From contig JAHPZE010000011.1 of the NCBI GenBank assembly GCA_019058365.1, positions 60,921 to 124,920 on the forward strand: DNA of 64,000 nt, given 5' to 3'. This DNA is from Promethearchaeota archaeon (GTDB lineage Archaea > Asgardarchaeota > Lokiarchaeia > Sigyniarchaeales > SOKP01). Both the position numbers and the translations under genes were made by a program. The notes under the pieces are model-generated. The model saw nothing but the letters and a program-made list of their open reading frames with translations. It made no database searches and was not told the DNA's origin. Shown here piece after piece: positions 49,337 to 60,849 of the stretch (the first letter of the stretch is position 1; the number at the start of each line of letters is the position of its first letter).

Positions 49337-49912
49337 GTTAAATGCTTCATTAAATGCATTTAAATTCATTTCTAAAGCTTCCCCTGAGAAATTTTTTTTT
49401 ATTGATCCCTCAATAATAGATTGATTTAATGGTAGAAATTTAAGGATGTAGCCTAATATCACAATATTCATGGCTTTTTGACTTTTTGTATGTTTAAAGG
49501 CAATTTCCATAGCCGGAATAAAGTAAATATTGTCTGAATTTTCATATAGAATATTTAACAGATAATCTAAAGAAGGGTATTCAACATTAATATTATGTTT
49601 TTCATAAGTTGATATAATGAATTTGGTGCTTTTATCAGGTTTAGCATAATTTAACACATCTATTATACTACTCTCTTCTAAAGCAATTATCATATCTGCT
49701 GTTCCTATCAATGGTATTGGAGCATTCAGTTTATTTCCAAAACGAAGGAAACATTTCACTTTGCCTCCTCTTTGACTAAGACCATGTGTTTCAGACGTTA
49801 TTACTTTATATCCTTGAGTTACCAAAGCTTGCCCTAAAATCTGTAATAAACGAATTAGACCCTGTCCACCCAAGCCTGTAATTACAATAGTATAAACCTC
49901 GACAGTCATCAA
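49331..49912 (-). CDS. iorB: Indolepyruvate:ferredoxin oxidoreductase beta subunit
   Basis: GLGGQG, SETHGLSQRGG, N...LG, N..AF..; overlaps the iorA stop. Confidence 0.9.
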   Translation of the reverse strand: MMTVEVYTIVITGLGGQGLIRLLQILGQALVTQGYKVITSETHGLSQRGGKVKCFLRFGNKLNAPIPLIGTADMIIALEESSIIDVLNYAKPDKSTKFIISTYEKHNINVEYPSLDYLLNILYENSDNIYFIPAMEIAFKHTKSQKAMNIVILGYILKFLPLNQSIIEGSIKKNFSGEALEMNLNAFNEAFNL

Positions 49913-51855
49913 TCTTCCTCCTTATTAATAGCATTATTTGGGCAAATTTCTTCACATATGCCACAACCTAAGCATGAATTTGAATCAATAAAGGCAGAAT
50001 TGTCTCTTTCATCAATGGCGGGACATAAAAATTGACTATAACATATGCCACAGTTATTACAGAGTTCAGGATCAACGTATCTTATTATTATTGGTTGTCT
50101 TTTCACAGTTTTTTGAATACATTCGTCCTTTATAAGAATGACATGTAAGGATTTATTTTCTAATACATCACATCCTTTTTCATAAATGAGATTTCTTAAT
50201 TGTGAAGTATATTCCTCATCTTTATTTTCATTATGCTTAATTACAGTAACATTGACTCCAGTACCCCGCAAAAATTCTTCTAAATCAATAGCTTTCTTGA
50301 GATTTCCCTCTTTATAATAGCGAGTGTCACTTCCCGGATGAGGTTGTTGCCCTGTCATGCCAATCCATCCATTATCTAATATTAAAACCAAAATTGGGGT
50401 TTTATTATAGATTCCATTTAAGAGTGCAGGAATCCCAGAATGAAAAAAAGTGCCATCACCGATAATTGCGATATTCAGACTTTCACTTGTCTGGGCAACT
50501 CCTTGAGCTAAAGCTATACTCGATCCCATACAATACTTAACATTGGCAAAAGAGAAAGGAGGGAATGCCAAAAGAGTGTAGCATCCAATATCTTGGTAAA
50601 AATAGACATTTCTTTCTGAATTTAATTTAATTTTTTTAACTGCTTTTTGTAATGCATATCCTGTTGTTCTATGGGGGCATCCGGCACACAGTATGGGTTT
50701 TCTTTCCATTATGTTATATTTTCTCTTAATAATTTGGTTTAAATCTACTTTTGGTTTTAAATTAGTTATTTTTATCAATGCTAAAGAAACTAAAGTAGGA
50801 TTTAATTCTCCCACAAAAGGCAATAATGAATTCTCTTTAGAATAAGAAAATGGATCCTTCCCATGAATCCTTACTTTAAGACGATTCATTTGAGCTATAG
50901 CAAGAACTTGAGTTTCGAGAAAGGCATCGTTTTCTTCTACAACAAATATTTGGTCACATCTCTTAAGAAAATTTGTTATTTTTTTCACTGGAAGTGGATT
51001 TATCATACCAATTTTAAGAAGTGGTGTATTTAATTCAAGAAAGTCTAGTGCTTCGAGTACATAACTGTATGATACACCACTAGTTATGATTCCTAACTTA
51101 AACTCATTTATAGCGTCCTCATTTTCAACTCTGTTTAAGGTACTATTTTCCGATATTTCTAATGCGTGCTTCATTCTATTATATATGTGATTTTCCTTCA
51201 TATCTAAAAAATAAATTCTGAGTGCTACATTAACTTCTTTTGATAAATCAAAATCTTCTTCAATTTTCGATTGCTTTAGTTCTCCAATAATTACATTACT
51301 CCTAGCGTGAGAAACCATTGTAACTGTCCTTAATATTACGGGAAGTTTTAATTTTCTCGATATCTTAAATGCTTCTTTAGTAAATTCCAGACATTCTTGA
51401 GGATTACTGGGTTCTAATGCGGGTATTTTGAAAAGTTTTAAATAATTACGAGAATCCATCTCTACTGCACTCGAATGCTGTTGAGGATCATCAGCAACCA
51501 AAATAACCAATGCTGAATTTTTATTTTTAGGACGGGTTGTAGCGAGAGCAAATAAAGGATCAGAAGCAACATTTAGCCCTACATTTTTCATGCCAACCAT
51601 TGCTGTAGCACCTCTAGCATAAGCAGCCCCAGCAACTTCTATAGCTACTTTTTCATTAATACTGCTTTCCACCCATTTCATTCTTACTTCCTTGTAAATA
51701 TCCATAAAACTTTCTCCAACTTCAGAGCTGGGTGTGCCAGGATAGTAAGTATAGATATCAATACCGCTTTCTATAGCACCACGGACAATTGCTTCATTAC
51801 CTAAAAAGAACTTTATATCTCCTGGTTTTCCTTCAATAATTTTATCATAACTCAT
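49909..51855 (-). CDS. iorA: Indolepyruvate:ferredoxin oxidoreductase alpha subunit
   Basis: GNEAIVRGA, YPGTPSSE, NEKVA, LCAGCPHR, DIGCY, GDGTFFHSG, C-terminal ferredoxin. Confidence 0.93.
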   Translation of the reverse strand: MSYDKIIEGKPGDIKFFLGNEAIVRGAIESGIDIYTYYPGTPSSEVGESFMDIYKEVRMKWVESSINEKVAIEVAGAAYARGATAMVGMKNVGLNVASDPLFALATTRPKNKNSALVILVADDPQQHSSAVEMDSRNYLKLFKIPALEPSNPQECLEFTKEAFKISRKLKLPVILRTVTMVSHARSNVIIGELKQSKIEEDFDLSKEVNVALRIYFLDMKENHIYNRMKHALEISENSTLNRVENEDAINEFKLGIITSGVSYSYVLEALDFLELNTPLLKIGMINPLPVKKITNFLKRCDQIFVVEENDAFLETQVLAIAQMNRLKVRIHGKDPFSYSKENSLLPFVGELNPTLVSLALIKITNLKPKVDLNQIIKRKYNIMERKPILCAGCPHRTTGYALQKAVKKIKLNSERNVYFYQDIGCYTLLAFPPFSFANVKYCMGSSIALAQGVAQTSESLNIAIIGDGTFFHSGIPALLNGIYNKTPILVLILDNGWIGMTGQQPHPGSDTRYYKEGNLKKAIDLEEFLRGTGVNVTVIKHNENKDEEYTSQLRNLIYEKGCDVLENKSLHVILIKDECIQKTVKRQPIIIRYVDPELCNNCGICYSQFLCPAIDERDNSAFIDSNSCLGCGICEEICPNNAINKEED

Positions 51856-52072
51856 TGTCTTAAAAAATTAAAATCTTAATTTATTTCTATATATTTAATA
51901 AATAATTTATTTCAGATTCTTTTATCATTAATTCATTATTAAGATACTTTCTCCTTAAAGTAAGTATTATTTGTTATTTCAACATAAACGTTTAAAATAA
52001 GAGTTTCTTAATTCCTCTATATTATCCAAAAAACTTTAAATTAAAAATCAGAAAGTTAAAGAGTAGATCATA

Positions 52073-52591
52073 ATGGGAAAAGGTGGAACTGTTTTAGGAA
52101 TAATAGGAATACTCTTAGGTGCTGGAGGACTTGGATTTGCATTTATAATTTGGAATACTCAAAATACCCTCAAATCCCAACTCATTGGAATAGCACCACA
52201 AGATGTTTGGTACTTATACAATGATGATACATTCGATGTTGATTTGCCTTTAACCTATATGCCAATTCCAAATATATCTTTAAGCATTGATTTAACAACT
52301 CAAACTTCGATTTACCTTTTATTTACATGTACAGCCTTAATAACAGGAAATCTGGGCAGATCGGATGTAATGATTTATTATTATATTGATGAAACTATTA
52401 TAAGTTATCCAATTGCTCGAGTTGGAGGTAATGCAGGAAACCATTCATCATATATTCATTCAGTTTCGCTACAACATTATATTGAAGGATGGTCTGTTGG
52501 ATCTCATAATATATCCATGTTTGCACGTTCTACTGTTAATACGAATTCTCTTCAATATTGTAGGTTAATGGTACAAAGTTTTCTAGATTAA
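52073..52591 (+). CDS. Membrane-anchored beta-rich surface protein
   Basis: N-terminal GxxxG TM (LGIIGILLGAGGLG) followed by a beta-strand-rich domain. Confidence 0.65.
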   Translation: MGKGGTVLGIIGILLGAGGLGFAFIIWNTQNTLKSQLIGIAPQDVWYLYNDDTFDVDLPLTYMPIPNISLSIDLTTQTSIYLLFTCTALITGNLGRSDVMIYYYIDETIISYPIARVGGNAGNHSSYIHSVSLQHYIEGWSVGSHNISMFARSTVNTNSLQYCRLMVQSFLD

Positions 52592-52666
52592 ATATAAAAA
52601 TAAATATAAAATAATAACTCCCTTTTTTTTTGATTTCATTATTACTTAAATGGAGATAAACTACAA

Positions 52667-53647
52667 CTAATAACAATATTCAGGTGCTAAAGAGTAAGGA
52701 TATATCTGTTGTAAATATTTCCTCAATTCATAACATAGATGACATTCATTAACAAAATTTTGCTTTTGCTTAAATCCTTGTTCTTTAGCAAGTTTTAATA
52801 GTCCTAGAGGCCCTTCCTTTGAAACAAGTGATAAAATGGGATGTCTATCGACATCATAGTTTTGTATTATTTTAGTTAGAGATTGGATATTTGTGTTTCC
52901 TATACAGATTCCAGGACAAAGTGTAATATTACCTTCACAATCTATTTCAATAGTTTCTGGATTTTTAAGATCTCCATCAATCCAAAATGGCATAGGACAA
53001 TTTCCTGAAGGTAACTCCGCCTTTAAATTTAGATATTCTGTCAAATCAGCACCTCTTCCTTCTACGCCCATTGGATATCTATGAAATTCTAATTCTTCTA
53101 TATCCTCTAATAATTCTAAATTCTTTTTTGTTATTTGATTAAAATAATTGTATGTGGTAACATCATCAACAAAATAACTGTCTACAATTATATTCTCAAG
53201 TCCTAGAGCCACTGCTGCCTTAAGCGCATTTCTAACATATTCGATAGGGATAAATTCTTGATGAAAAAAGTCAGAACTGAATGTTATCGCTTTTAATCCC
53301 TTATTTTTTAATTTTTCTAATTTCGCCTTTGCAATTACTTCATTTTTTGCCCAAAAACTATTAGTAATAACACCTCTACGAGGAATACCTAGCTTTTTAG
53401 TTTCTTTTATTATATACTTCAAATAATTAAAATATAGAAATGGTTCACCCCCATGAACCCAAACAGATTGTAATGGGTGCATCTTTATCAATTCTTTTAA
53501 ATATCTTGAAATTTCTTTTGGTTTAATGTAACCAACTCGATTTGGTCCTGCTTTATAGCTACAATGCTGACATTGTGCGGGACATTTAAATGTAAGAAGA
53601 AAATCGACATTCTTAACTTGCACTACAGAATCACCCCAAGTAAACAA
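52667..53647 (-). CDS. Radical SAM protein with SPASM/twitch-like C-terminus
   Basis: CPAQCQHC, GGEPF, C...G....C..., CHLC. Confidence 0.88.
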   Translation of the reverse strand: MFTWGDSVVQVKNVDFLLTFKCPAQCQHCSYKAGPNRVGYIKPKEISRYLKELIKMHPLQSVWVHGGEPFLYFNYLKYIIKETKKLGIPRRGVITNSFWAKNEVIAKAKLEKLKNKGLKAITFSSDFFHQEFIPIEYVRNALKAAVALGLENIIVDSYFVDDVTTYNYFNQITKKNLELLEDIEELEFHRYPMGVEGRGADLTEYLNLKAELPSGNCPMPFWIDGDLKNPETIEIDCEGNITLCPGICIGNTNIQSLTKIIQNYDVDRHPILSLVSKEGPLGLLKLAKEQGFKQKQNFVNECHLCYELRKYLQQIYPYSLAPEYCY

Positions 53648-53763
53648 TTATTTATTAATATATTAAATTTCTGAGTTTTATCTTATTGCAAAAACTGTAT
53701 TTATTTCTTCTTTTTTATGATAATAATAAAATAATTAAATAATCTAACATCGAATTTATCCAT

Positions 53764-54918
53764 ATGAATAGTTTTGAAAGAATTTGGGCTGCGTTAAATC
53801 TTGAAGAACCAGATAGAATTCCAACTCATACAATAAATATTGATGGAAACGTTGCTGATAAGATATTAGGAAAACCAGAAAAAACCGCATTTGACGTTTT
53901 TGATGAGATGGAACAGAAATATCCCGATGAATGGGTTGAAAAGATTAATCAAATCCTCGACGATATTGAAATTAGTGTCTTTGCAAAAACTGTTCGAGCT
54001 GGTTATGAATTAGGATTTGATGGTGTTGGTATTCAATATATTCCATTTATCCTCGAAAGTCAAACTGAGATGACAGATATATTTGGGAAGAGACATAAAG
54101 TAAGAAATATTGATGGAAATCCATACCCAGATTATTATGGTGGATATATTAAGAATAGAGAAGATTGGGAAGCATACCCAAAACCAGATCTTAAAGAAGA
54201 ATATAGAAGAGCTAAAAAATTTTATAAAGGCGTCTTAAGAAAGATTCGCGACATTAAAGATGATATTTGTATTTTTGCTCAAAACGCCCTAACATCTGTC
54301 TTTCCCCCAGTCTGGCAAGGAATGGGAATGACCAATTTCGTTAGAGCATTGAAAAATGATCCTAAATTAATTGAGGAACGTTTTAGATACACCACCGATT
54401 TCGTTTTAACTGTATTTAAAGCATACTCAGATTGTGATGCCAAAATATTTTTAGAGGGTGGAGATATTGCACATAGTGGAGGGCCAATGATAAATCCAAA
54501 ATACTTTAATAAATATTTATTACCATGTTATCAAGAAGTAGCAGAAGCAATTCATGATTGGGGTGGAAAATATATCTTACATACGGACGGAGATATTACC
54601 AGTCTTTTAGATTTTATAGTTGAATCTGGTTTTGATGGACTCCAATGCTTGGAACCTCCATTAGTAGATCCTTATTTAGTCAAAAAGAAAATTGGAGATA
54701 AATTGTGTTTATCTGGAAATATTGATACTAGACATATTTTGGTAAAAGCCCAAAAAAATGAAGTTATTCAAGCTGTGAAAGAGGCAATCAAAGCGATGGG
54801 TTCTGGAGGCGGATTTATGTTATCTCCTGCCAATTTTCACCCTGAGATGTCTGTTGAACGCTTAAAATGGATGATTGAAGCTACTTTAGAATATGGGAAA
54901 TATCCTCTACAAATTTAA
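53764..54918 (+). CDS. Uroporphyrinogen decarboxylase/MtaA-family protein
   Basis: EPDRIP, DIA...GPMI.P, HTDG, LSGNID, GGGFML. Confidence 0.85.
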   Translation: MNSFERIWAALNLEEPDRIPTHTINIDGNVADKILGKPEKTAFDVFDEMEQKYPDEWVEKINQILDDIEISVFAKTVRAGYELGFDGVGIQYIPFILESQTEMTDIFGKRHKVRNIDGNPYPDYYGGYIKNREDWEAYPKPDLKEEYRRAKKFYKGVLRKIRDIKDDICIFAQNALTSVFPPVWQGMGMTNFVRALKNDPKLIEERFRYTTDFVLTVFKAYSDCDAKIFLEGGDIAHSGGPMINPKYFNKYLLPCYQEVAEAIHDWGGKYILHTDGDITSLLDFIVESGFDGLQCLEPPLVDPYLVKKKIGDKLCLSGNIDTRHILVKAQKNEVIQAVKEAIKAMGSGGGFMLSPANFHPEMSVERLKWMIEATLEYGKYPLQI

Positions 54919-54997
54919 AAATTTGGAGTTAGTATAGTTATTATCTTAAAATTAACTTAATATATTAAATAAATAAATAATCTTTTGTGAAAATAAA

Positions 54998-56335
54998 ATG
55001 GCCAGACCTAAAGTAATTTTACCAGAAAATGGAATTCCTGAAACTGATCTATTGAAAGATATGGAAAATATACGTAAAGATGATATAAACTGGAGAACTG
55101 GCAAAGTATGGAGTTTGGTATATCATGCTACAGATGAGCATACTGAAATGCTCAAAAAAGCTTATACTATGTTTTTCTCTAAGAATGCATTAAGTCCAAT
55201 AGCCTTTCCAAGTTTAAAGAAGTTCGAAACAGAAGTAATTTCCATGACTGTTGATTTATTTAACGGTGATAAACGGTGTTGCGGCTCTTTGACTTCAGGA
55301 GGTACTGAAAGCATTCTAATGGCTATAAAAACATATAGAGATTGGGCAGAAGAGAAGTTTCCTGACATAAAAGCGCCAGAAATGGTCTTACCTAGCTCTG
55401 CACACCCTGCGTTTGACAAAGGGGCGGATTATTTTAAAGTAAAATCAGTGCGAGTACCAGTAGATAGCGAGACTCATCGAGCAGATGTAAAAGCTATGAA
55501 AAATGCAATTACAGAGAATACTATTTTCTTAGTTGGTTCTGCATGTGATTATCCTAGAGGGGTAGTAGATCCTATCTCTGAATTGGGAGTTGTTGCTCAA
55601 GATCGTGGGATCGCATTACATGTTGATGCATGTCTTGGAGGATTTATGCTACCCTTCGTGAAGAAACTTGGTTATGAAGTCCCTGAGTTTGATTTCTCTG
55701 TACCTGGTGTGTCATCTATCAGTGCAGATGTTCATAAATATGGCTATGGAGCGAAAGGAGCATCTACAATCCTTTATAGAAAAGAACGAGTTTGGAAACA
55801 TCAATTTTCAGTATATACAGATTGGTCAGGAGGTATATATATTTCCCCATCTATGAGAGGAACACGTCCTGGAGGGGCAATTGCAGCAGCATGGGCGTCT
55901 TTGAAGCATTTAGGGATGAATGGGTATTTAAATTTAGCAAAAGTCGTTATGGATGCTTCAAAAAAGCTAATTGAAGGGATCAACCAAATACCTGAGTTAT
56001 ATATTATTGGAAAACCAGTAATGAGCGTTTTTTCTTTCACATCTGATAAGATCGATGTTTATTATTTAGGAGACCTTTTGGATAAGAAGGGGTGGCATTT
56101 AGACCGAATTCAATTTCCAAATGCTCTACACATGATGGTTAATCCTCACCATGCTGAAATAGTTGATACCTTCTTGAAAGATCTCAGAGAAACTGTAACT
56201 GAAGTTATTGATCATCCTGGAGAATCTTCTGATGGAGATGCTGCTATATATGGTATGGTAGCTAGCTTACCCGATCGGGATAAAGCTAGAGATTATATCG
56301 TTAATTTCTTGAAAACTCAATATAAAATTAAATAA
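54998..56335 (+). CDS. Sphingosine-1-phosphate lyase-like PLP enzyme (group II decarboxylase fold)
   Basis: TSGGTESILMA, AHPAFDK, HVDACLGGF, SADVHKYGYGAKG, W.GG.Y.SP...GTRPGG, AIYGM. Confidence 0.85.
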   Translation: MARPKVILPENGIPETDLLKDMENIRKDDINWRTGKVWSLVYHATDEHTEMLKKAYTMFFSKNALSPIAFPSLKKFETEVISMTVDLFNGDKRCCGSLTSGGTESILMAIKTYRDWAEEKFPDIKAPEMVLPSSAHPAFDKGADYFKVKSVRVPVDSETHRADVKAMKNAITENTIFLVGSACDYPRGVVDPISELGVVAQDRGIALHVDACLGGFMLPFVKKLGYEVPEFDFSVPGVSSISADVHKYGYGAKGASTILYRKERVWKHQFSVYTDWSGGIYISPSMRGTRPGGAIAAAWASLKHLGMNGYLNLAKVVMDASKKLIEGINQIPELYIIGKPVMSVFSFTSDKIDVYYLGDLLDKKGWHLDRIQFPNALHMMVNPHHAEIVDTFLKDLRETVTEVIDHPGESSDGDAAIYGMVASLPDRDKARDYIVNFLKTQYKIK

Positions 56336-56356
56336 ATACAAATTTTTTTTCAATAA

Positions 56357-56692
56357 TTATTTTTGAATTGCTTTCTTTTTAATATTCTTTTCTTTAGTAA
56401 TTGCTTTTAATTCCTCGTTCACGAGTTTTGCCTTTTCTTTATTTACTTTCTTTAGATCTTTCATTAGAGGTTGTGCTGCGATAATCAATTCATTTTTCCT
56501 TTTTTTTAACTCTTTTATCTTGGATTTCAAATCCTCAATTGACTTTTCCACCGCATTAAATTCATTGCGTATAGGTCCTAATTTTAATTCGATTTCATCG
56601 ATTTTAGAAGCATACTCCTTATCGGTTCTAACTCTAATATAATTTTCTTTTTTTTTCGCTGCTTCTTCTATTTTCTCAATTTCATTCTCCAT
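56357..56692 (-). CDS. Coiled-coil protein
   Basis: K/E-rich heptad pattern throughout. Confidence 0.65.
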   Translation of the reverse strand: MENEIEKIEEAAKKKENYIRVRTDKEYASKIDEIELKLGPIRNEFNAVEKSIEDLKSKIKELKKRKNELIIAAQPLMKDLKKVNKEKAKLVNEELKAITKEKNIKKKAIQK

Positions 56693-56921
56693 ATTAATAT
56701 TCTCCTCTAATTCTTCTTATGATATTTCTATAATCTTAATTTAATATTTTTGCTTTACCCTGTATAGTAGTTCTTATTTTTTACTGTTACATTTACGTAT
56801 AAAAAACAAATAAAAATATTTATTTAAATTGTTTTCTGTTTTATTGGATTAACGTTTAATCTCTAACTTTTTTAATATACAGCTATAGAAAATTATCCTA
56901 ATAAACAAAATCTTATTGAAT

Positions 56922-57466
56922 TCAGACTTTTTTTGAAGGTAAAGGTATTAGAAAGGATACCTTACTCTTATATTCTATGTATAATTTACCAAATCTCTTT
57001 TCTAAATTTTTTTCTTCCCAGCTTTTAACCAAAATAATTAATAGGATTATTATTATCAGTGTGAATCCTAACAATAGAAAAATGGAATTAAATAAAAAAC
57101 CTAATCCTACCCACATTAGAATATACCCAAAAATCATGGGATTTCTTGTGTATTTATAGGGACCTCTGATAACTAATACCATGGTGTGCGTTCCTTTTAA
57201 GGGAACAGGACTTCCTTTTCCTCTATTAAATAATTCAAAATTTGACCAAATTGCCAAAATAAGCCATTAAATAAAATAATTACAGCTATTACAATATTAA
57301 TTGGAAATAGAATGATACTAGGGAAATTAAATAATAAATCAAAATATAAGGAAACCAAAATGCCAATAATTGGTAAAATTATAACAACAGAAATTCCACT
57401 TATTATTAATGCTAAAATACGTTTACTACTTCTGCTCTGTTTTTCCTTGATCTCTTCTTCACTCAT
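56922..57466 (-). pseudogene. ICMT/PEMT-family methyltransferase split by a one-base frameshift
   Basis: ORFs 57197-57466 and 56922-57257 join at GGC TTA TTT (T)TG GCA; GSPVP, GPYKYTRNPM and EE..L..RFG. Confidence 0.8.
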
Positions 57467-57499
57467 TTAATAAAAAATTAAAAAAAAAAAATTATAAAT

Positions 57500-57967
57500 T
57501 TATGGTTTTAGATTTTTTTCGTTTGGAACAGAATTTTTTGATTCAAAATATTTAGGTAAAAATCTTGGTCCTAGTAATATTATTATTCCACTCCCTATTG
57601 CTCCTCCTAAAGCTCCAAGTAAAATTCCGAGTAATAGTATTAAAATAAAAATAACCCAACCATATCCTAAATCACCAAAGATTAATCCCGCGAATTGATC
57701 TAAACTTGTATAGGCACCGTTTACAGCCATTTCATAAACCATATAAAGAATCCATACTATTGAAACTCCAAGAGTGGCGCTATATATTCCCCGCCTCATT
57801 GTTTTGTTAAAAAGTCCTCCTATTATACCAGGAATTATAATCAACTGCCAAATTGGAACATAAGTTAGAATAAATGTAATAATTGCAGTAAGTACAAACG
57901 AAATTAGAAAGTTTCTTGTTTCAGGTTCGACTTTAACTCTAATCTTTTTAAATTTCATTCTATTCAC
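57500..57967 (-). CDS. Gly-rich membrane protein coupled to the acylase gene
   Basis: About 4 TM helices with GxxxG; start overlaps the acylase stop. Confidence 0.7.
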   Translation of the reverse strand: MNRMKFKKIRVKVEPETRNFLISFVLTAIITFILTYVPIWQLIIIPGIIGGLFNKTMRRGIYSATLGVSIVWILYMVYEMAVNGAYTSLDQFAGLIFGDLGYGWVIFILILLLGILLGALGGAIGSGIIILLGPRFLPKYFESKNSVPNEKNLKP

Positions 57968-60716
57968 CTCTAGATCTCCCTTTTAATTCTTTAAACTTAG
58001 AACGAATTAAATCCCTTTTATACCACCCAACTACAATGACCACAACACCAATTGAGCATCCGATGATTATACCTGTTGTTAGAGCAATAATATAGCCGGG
58101 GTCTTGTTTCGCAATAAAACTAATCTGAGATTCAATATGACTTTTTGGAAAATCAGCTTTATTATCGTAGAAATATTGTCGATGATATTTACCCTGTAAA
58201 AACAATTCTTCTAATTGATCAGAATAATGTTTGGAATTTGATACCCCTCTTTGCCCTGATGGTATAACACTCCAAGAATTTTGTAAATCACTGAAATCAA
58301 CGATCATTCGCTCAGAAGCACCACCCCGAGCATAACCTACACCATTCCTTATACTTACTCCTGCAGGATTAACTGTATATCCTTCCCCATCTCCTTCAAA
58401 TGGACCAATATCTAGACTTTCGAATACAAGGTGAGGAAAATCAAGTTGATGAATCTCCCCCCACCTCCATGTAGATACTTCATTTGTTCCATAAAAATCG
58501 AGAAGCCAAGTGATTGTTGAATTTAAAGCTTTAACCATTATATAGTTCCTATCTTCAATCTTACTAGTATTTATATCGTCAAACCAAGATGAATTTGGTG
58601 CATCTCTTGTTAATTTTTCTAAAACATTCAAGGGGGGTTGTATTGGGGCTTGAGCAAATTCATCATTAAAAGTGAAATCACTATAATAATCTCGCCATTT
58701 ACGATATATAGTTGGTGCAGCCAAATCTTTATCCATATCATAGTTCCAATTCTTCAATTGCGTTAAGACATCTGACATTATCGGAGACTTCTGAGAAGGA
58801 GGTAACTCTTCTGTTGCATTAATGAGATAAGGGATTATAGCTCTAGCTGCGGATGATTTAACGTCAAGTTGTATTTCCTTCATTTTTTCAACACCAACTG
58901 TTCCATCTGCAGAATTATTGAGTAATTCATTAATTCTTCTTGCTCGATAACCTGTAGCATAACTATTTTGAAGTGCATATGTTTTATAATCAGGGCCAGT
59001 AACTATTTGATTTGCTGAAGCTAAATAATGTTGGGAAGAATTCACTGTAACAGGTAATTCATTAAATGGAACATATCCTATCCAATCACCTTCACCTTTA
59101 GATCCGTTATACGGTAGGGTTCCATTACCAAAATTCCATGGTTCAATTAAACTATCATCTCTTATAGGTACTAATCCAGTAGGCCTTATTGCAATAGTCC
59201 CATGCACATCCGCATACACATGATTTTGAGCGGGACAATGAAAGTTCTCTGAAGCTTTATCAAACTCTGCGCGATTTTTGGCATGAGCATACCCATATAA
59301 AGCATACATTTCACCAGTAATATTGTTTCCTGTCCATTTTGGTGCTAATACAATATTTGGAGCATCTATAGAATCAGGGATTGCACTTCCTAAAAAGTCA
59401 CTAAGAACAGGACCATGAACTGTTTGTTTAACAGTAAATTGTTGAGATCCTTCGTCTTTTACGTTTATGGTATAGGTTTTTTTATTATACTCTGTCAATA
59501 CACCATTATAAATATAATGATCATCATCTACCTCATCATAATAATACCAATCCATTACATCATAACCAGTGTTTGTAAAGCCCCATGCTACGTAATCATT
59601 ATGACCTACTATAGGAACATTCACACCAGCGAGCATAAATCCATAAAAATTCAAACCAGTACTTTCGTCAACCAATTGTGCTTCATACCATATTCCAGGC
59701 ATATTCCAAGCTAAATGCATATCATTACATAAAATTGGCTTTCCCGTACTACTCTTTATTCCATCAACAACCCAATTATTTGAGCCTATAGCATTTTGTT
59801 CTTGAAGTTCCATTAATGATTTTTCTGAGGGGATATTCTCGATATTACTCAAAAAGTTATTAACCTCTTCCAAAACTTCTGAAGAAATTTCTAAGGGACC
59901 TCCATTAAATGTTAGTTCCGAACTATCGTTATATTTTCCATAATTAGGGCATATTGGAATTTGTCCATAAGTTGACATCGACATGATATCGATATAGTCA
60001 GCAGCACCAAGAACTTCTAAGGTTTGTAATCTGTATAAATCATCATATTGCCATGTTAGCATTTTACTCATATATTTTGTATAGCAAAAAGTATCTAAAG
60101 GTGTCCACATTTCTGGCTTGAATCCTAATATAGCATATTCAATAGGTAAATCATTCTGATGAGTATTGATATAATAATTAACACCATCAGCATAGGAATA
60201 AACTGAATCTAAATAATCTATTTCTCCTAACTCTTGTTTTCTAATAGCATCTTGAAGTGTTTGATTAGCCCAATATTCCATACCCATTGCTAGATTAAAC
60301 TTATCTTCTTCTAAAGCTATGTCCCCTACTACTTCAGAAAGTTTTCCTCTCACTTGTCGTCGTGCTAAATCCATTTGAAAAAGTCTATCTTGAGCATGAA
60401 TATATCCAATTGCAAAACTCAAATCATTTTCATTGGAAGCATATACGTGTGGTACACCCCACTCATCACGATAAGCAGTAACAGAACTATTTAATCCAGG
60501 TATATACAATTTTTCATATTGAGGTACCTCTGCTGGAACATTCCATAATCCTGAACCTGGAAAAAGTATATTTCCAAGTGGAGCTATAATACTGATCAAC
60601 GGAATTGAAAAGATTGTTAAAACTATTATAGTTATAACTATCACAGTTGTTAGTTTCACAATACTCTTTTTGTCTGAACTATGCATTTTACTATCTCTTT
60701 TTTTTTTTTTAAACAA
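57960..60716 (-). CDS. Penicillin acylase family (S45) Ntn-hydrolase with N- and C-terminal TM anchors
   Basis: RDEWGVPH, HAQDRLFQMD, GSNNW (nucleophile Ser), NDMHL, SANQ, GQRG...HYSDQ. Start is likely the ATG at 60686. Confidence 0.92.
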   Translation of the reverse strand: MFKKKKRDSKMHSSDKKSIVKLTTVIVITIIVLTIFSIPLISIIAPLGNILFPGSGLWNVPAEVPQYEKLYIPGLNSSVTAYRDEWGVPHVYASNENDLSFAIGYIHAQDRLFQMDLARRQVRGKLSEVVGDIALEEDKFNLAMGMEYWANQTLQDAIRKQELGEIDYLDSVYSYADGVNYYINTHQNDLPIEYAILGFKPEMWTPLDTFCYTKYMSKMLTWQYDDLYRLQTLEVLGAADYIDIMSMSTYGQIPICPNYGKYNDSSELTFNGGPLEISSEVLEEVNNFLSNIENIPSEKSLMELQEQNAIGSNNWVVDGIKSSTGKPILCNDMHLAWNMPGIWYEAQLVDESTGLNFYGFMLAGVNVPIVGHNDYVAWGFTNTGYDVMDWYYYDEVDDDHYIYNGVLTEYNKKTYTINVKDEGSQQFTVKQTVHGPVLSDFLGSAIPDSIDAPNIVLAPKWTGNNITGEMYALYGYAHAKNRAEFDKASENFHCPAQNHVYADVHGTIAIRPTGLVPIRDDSLIEPWNFGNGTLPYNGSKGEGDWIGYVPFNELPVTVNSSQHYLASANQIVTGPDYKTYALQNSYATGYRARRINELLNNSADGTVGVEKMKEIQLDVKSSAARAIIPYLINATEELPPSQKSPIMSDVLTQLKNWNYDMDKDLAAPTIYRKWRDYYSDFTFNDEFAQAPIQPPLNVLEKLTRDAPNSSWFDDINTSKIEDRNYIMVKALNSTITWLLDFYGTNEVSTWRWGEIHQLDFPHLVFESLDIGPFEGDGEGYTVNPAGVSIRNGVGYARGGASERMIVDFSDLQNSWSVIPSGQRGVSNSKHYSDQLEELFLQGKYHRQYFYDNKADFPKSHIESQISFIAKQDPGYIIALTTGIIIGCSIGVVVIVVGWYKRDLIRSKFKELKGRSRGE

Positions 60717-60849
60717 ATTTCTTGTATTAAAAAATTCTATTCAACTACTATAAATAAGTTTATTTCTCAATTTATGATAAATGAATAATCCAAAGATATA
60801 AGAGAGAAGTTATTATAAGTAAAATATAGAATAAACTAAGATTTATAAT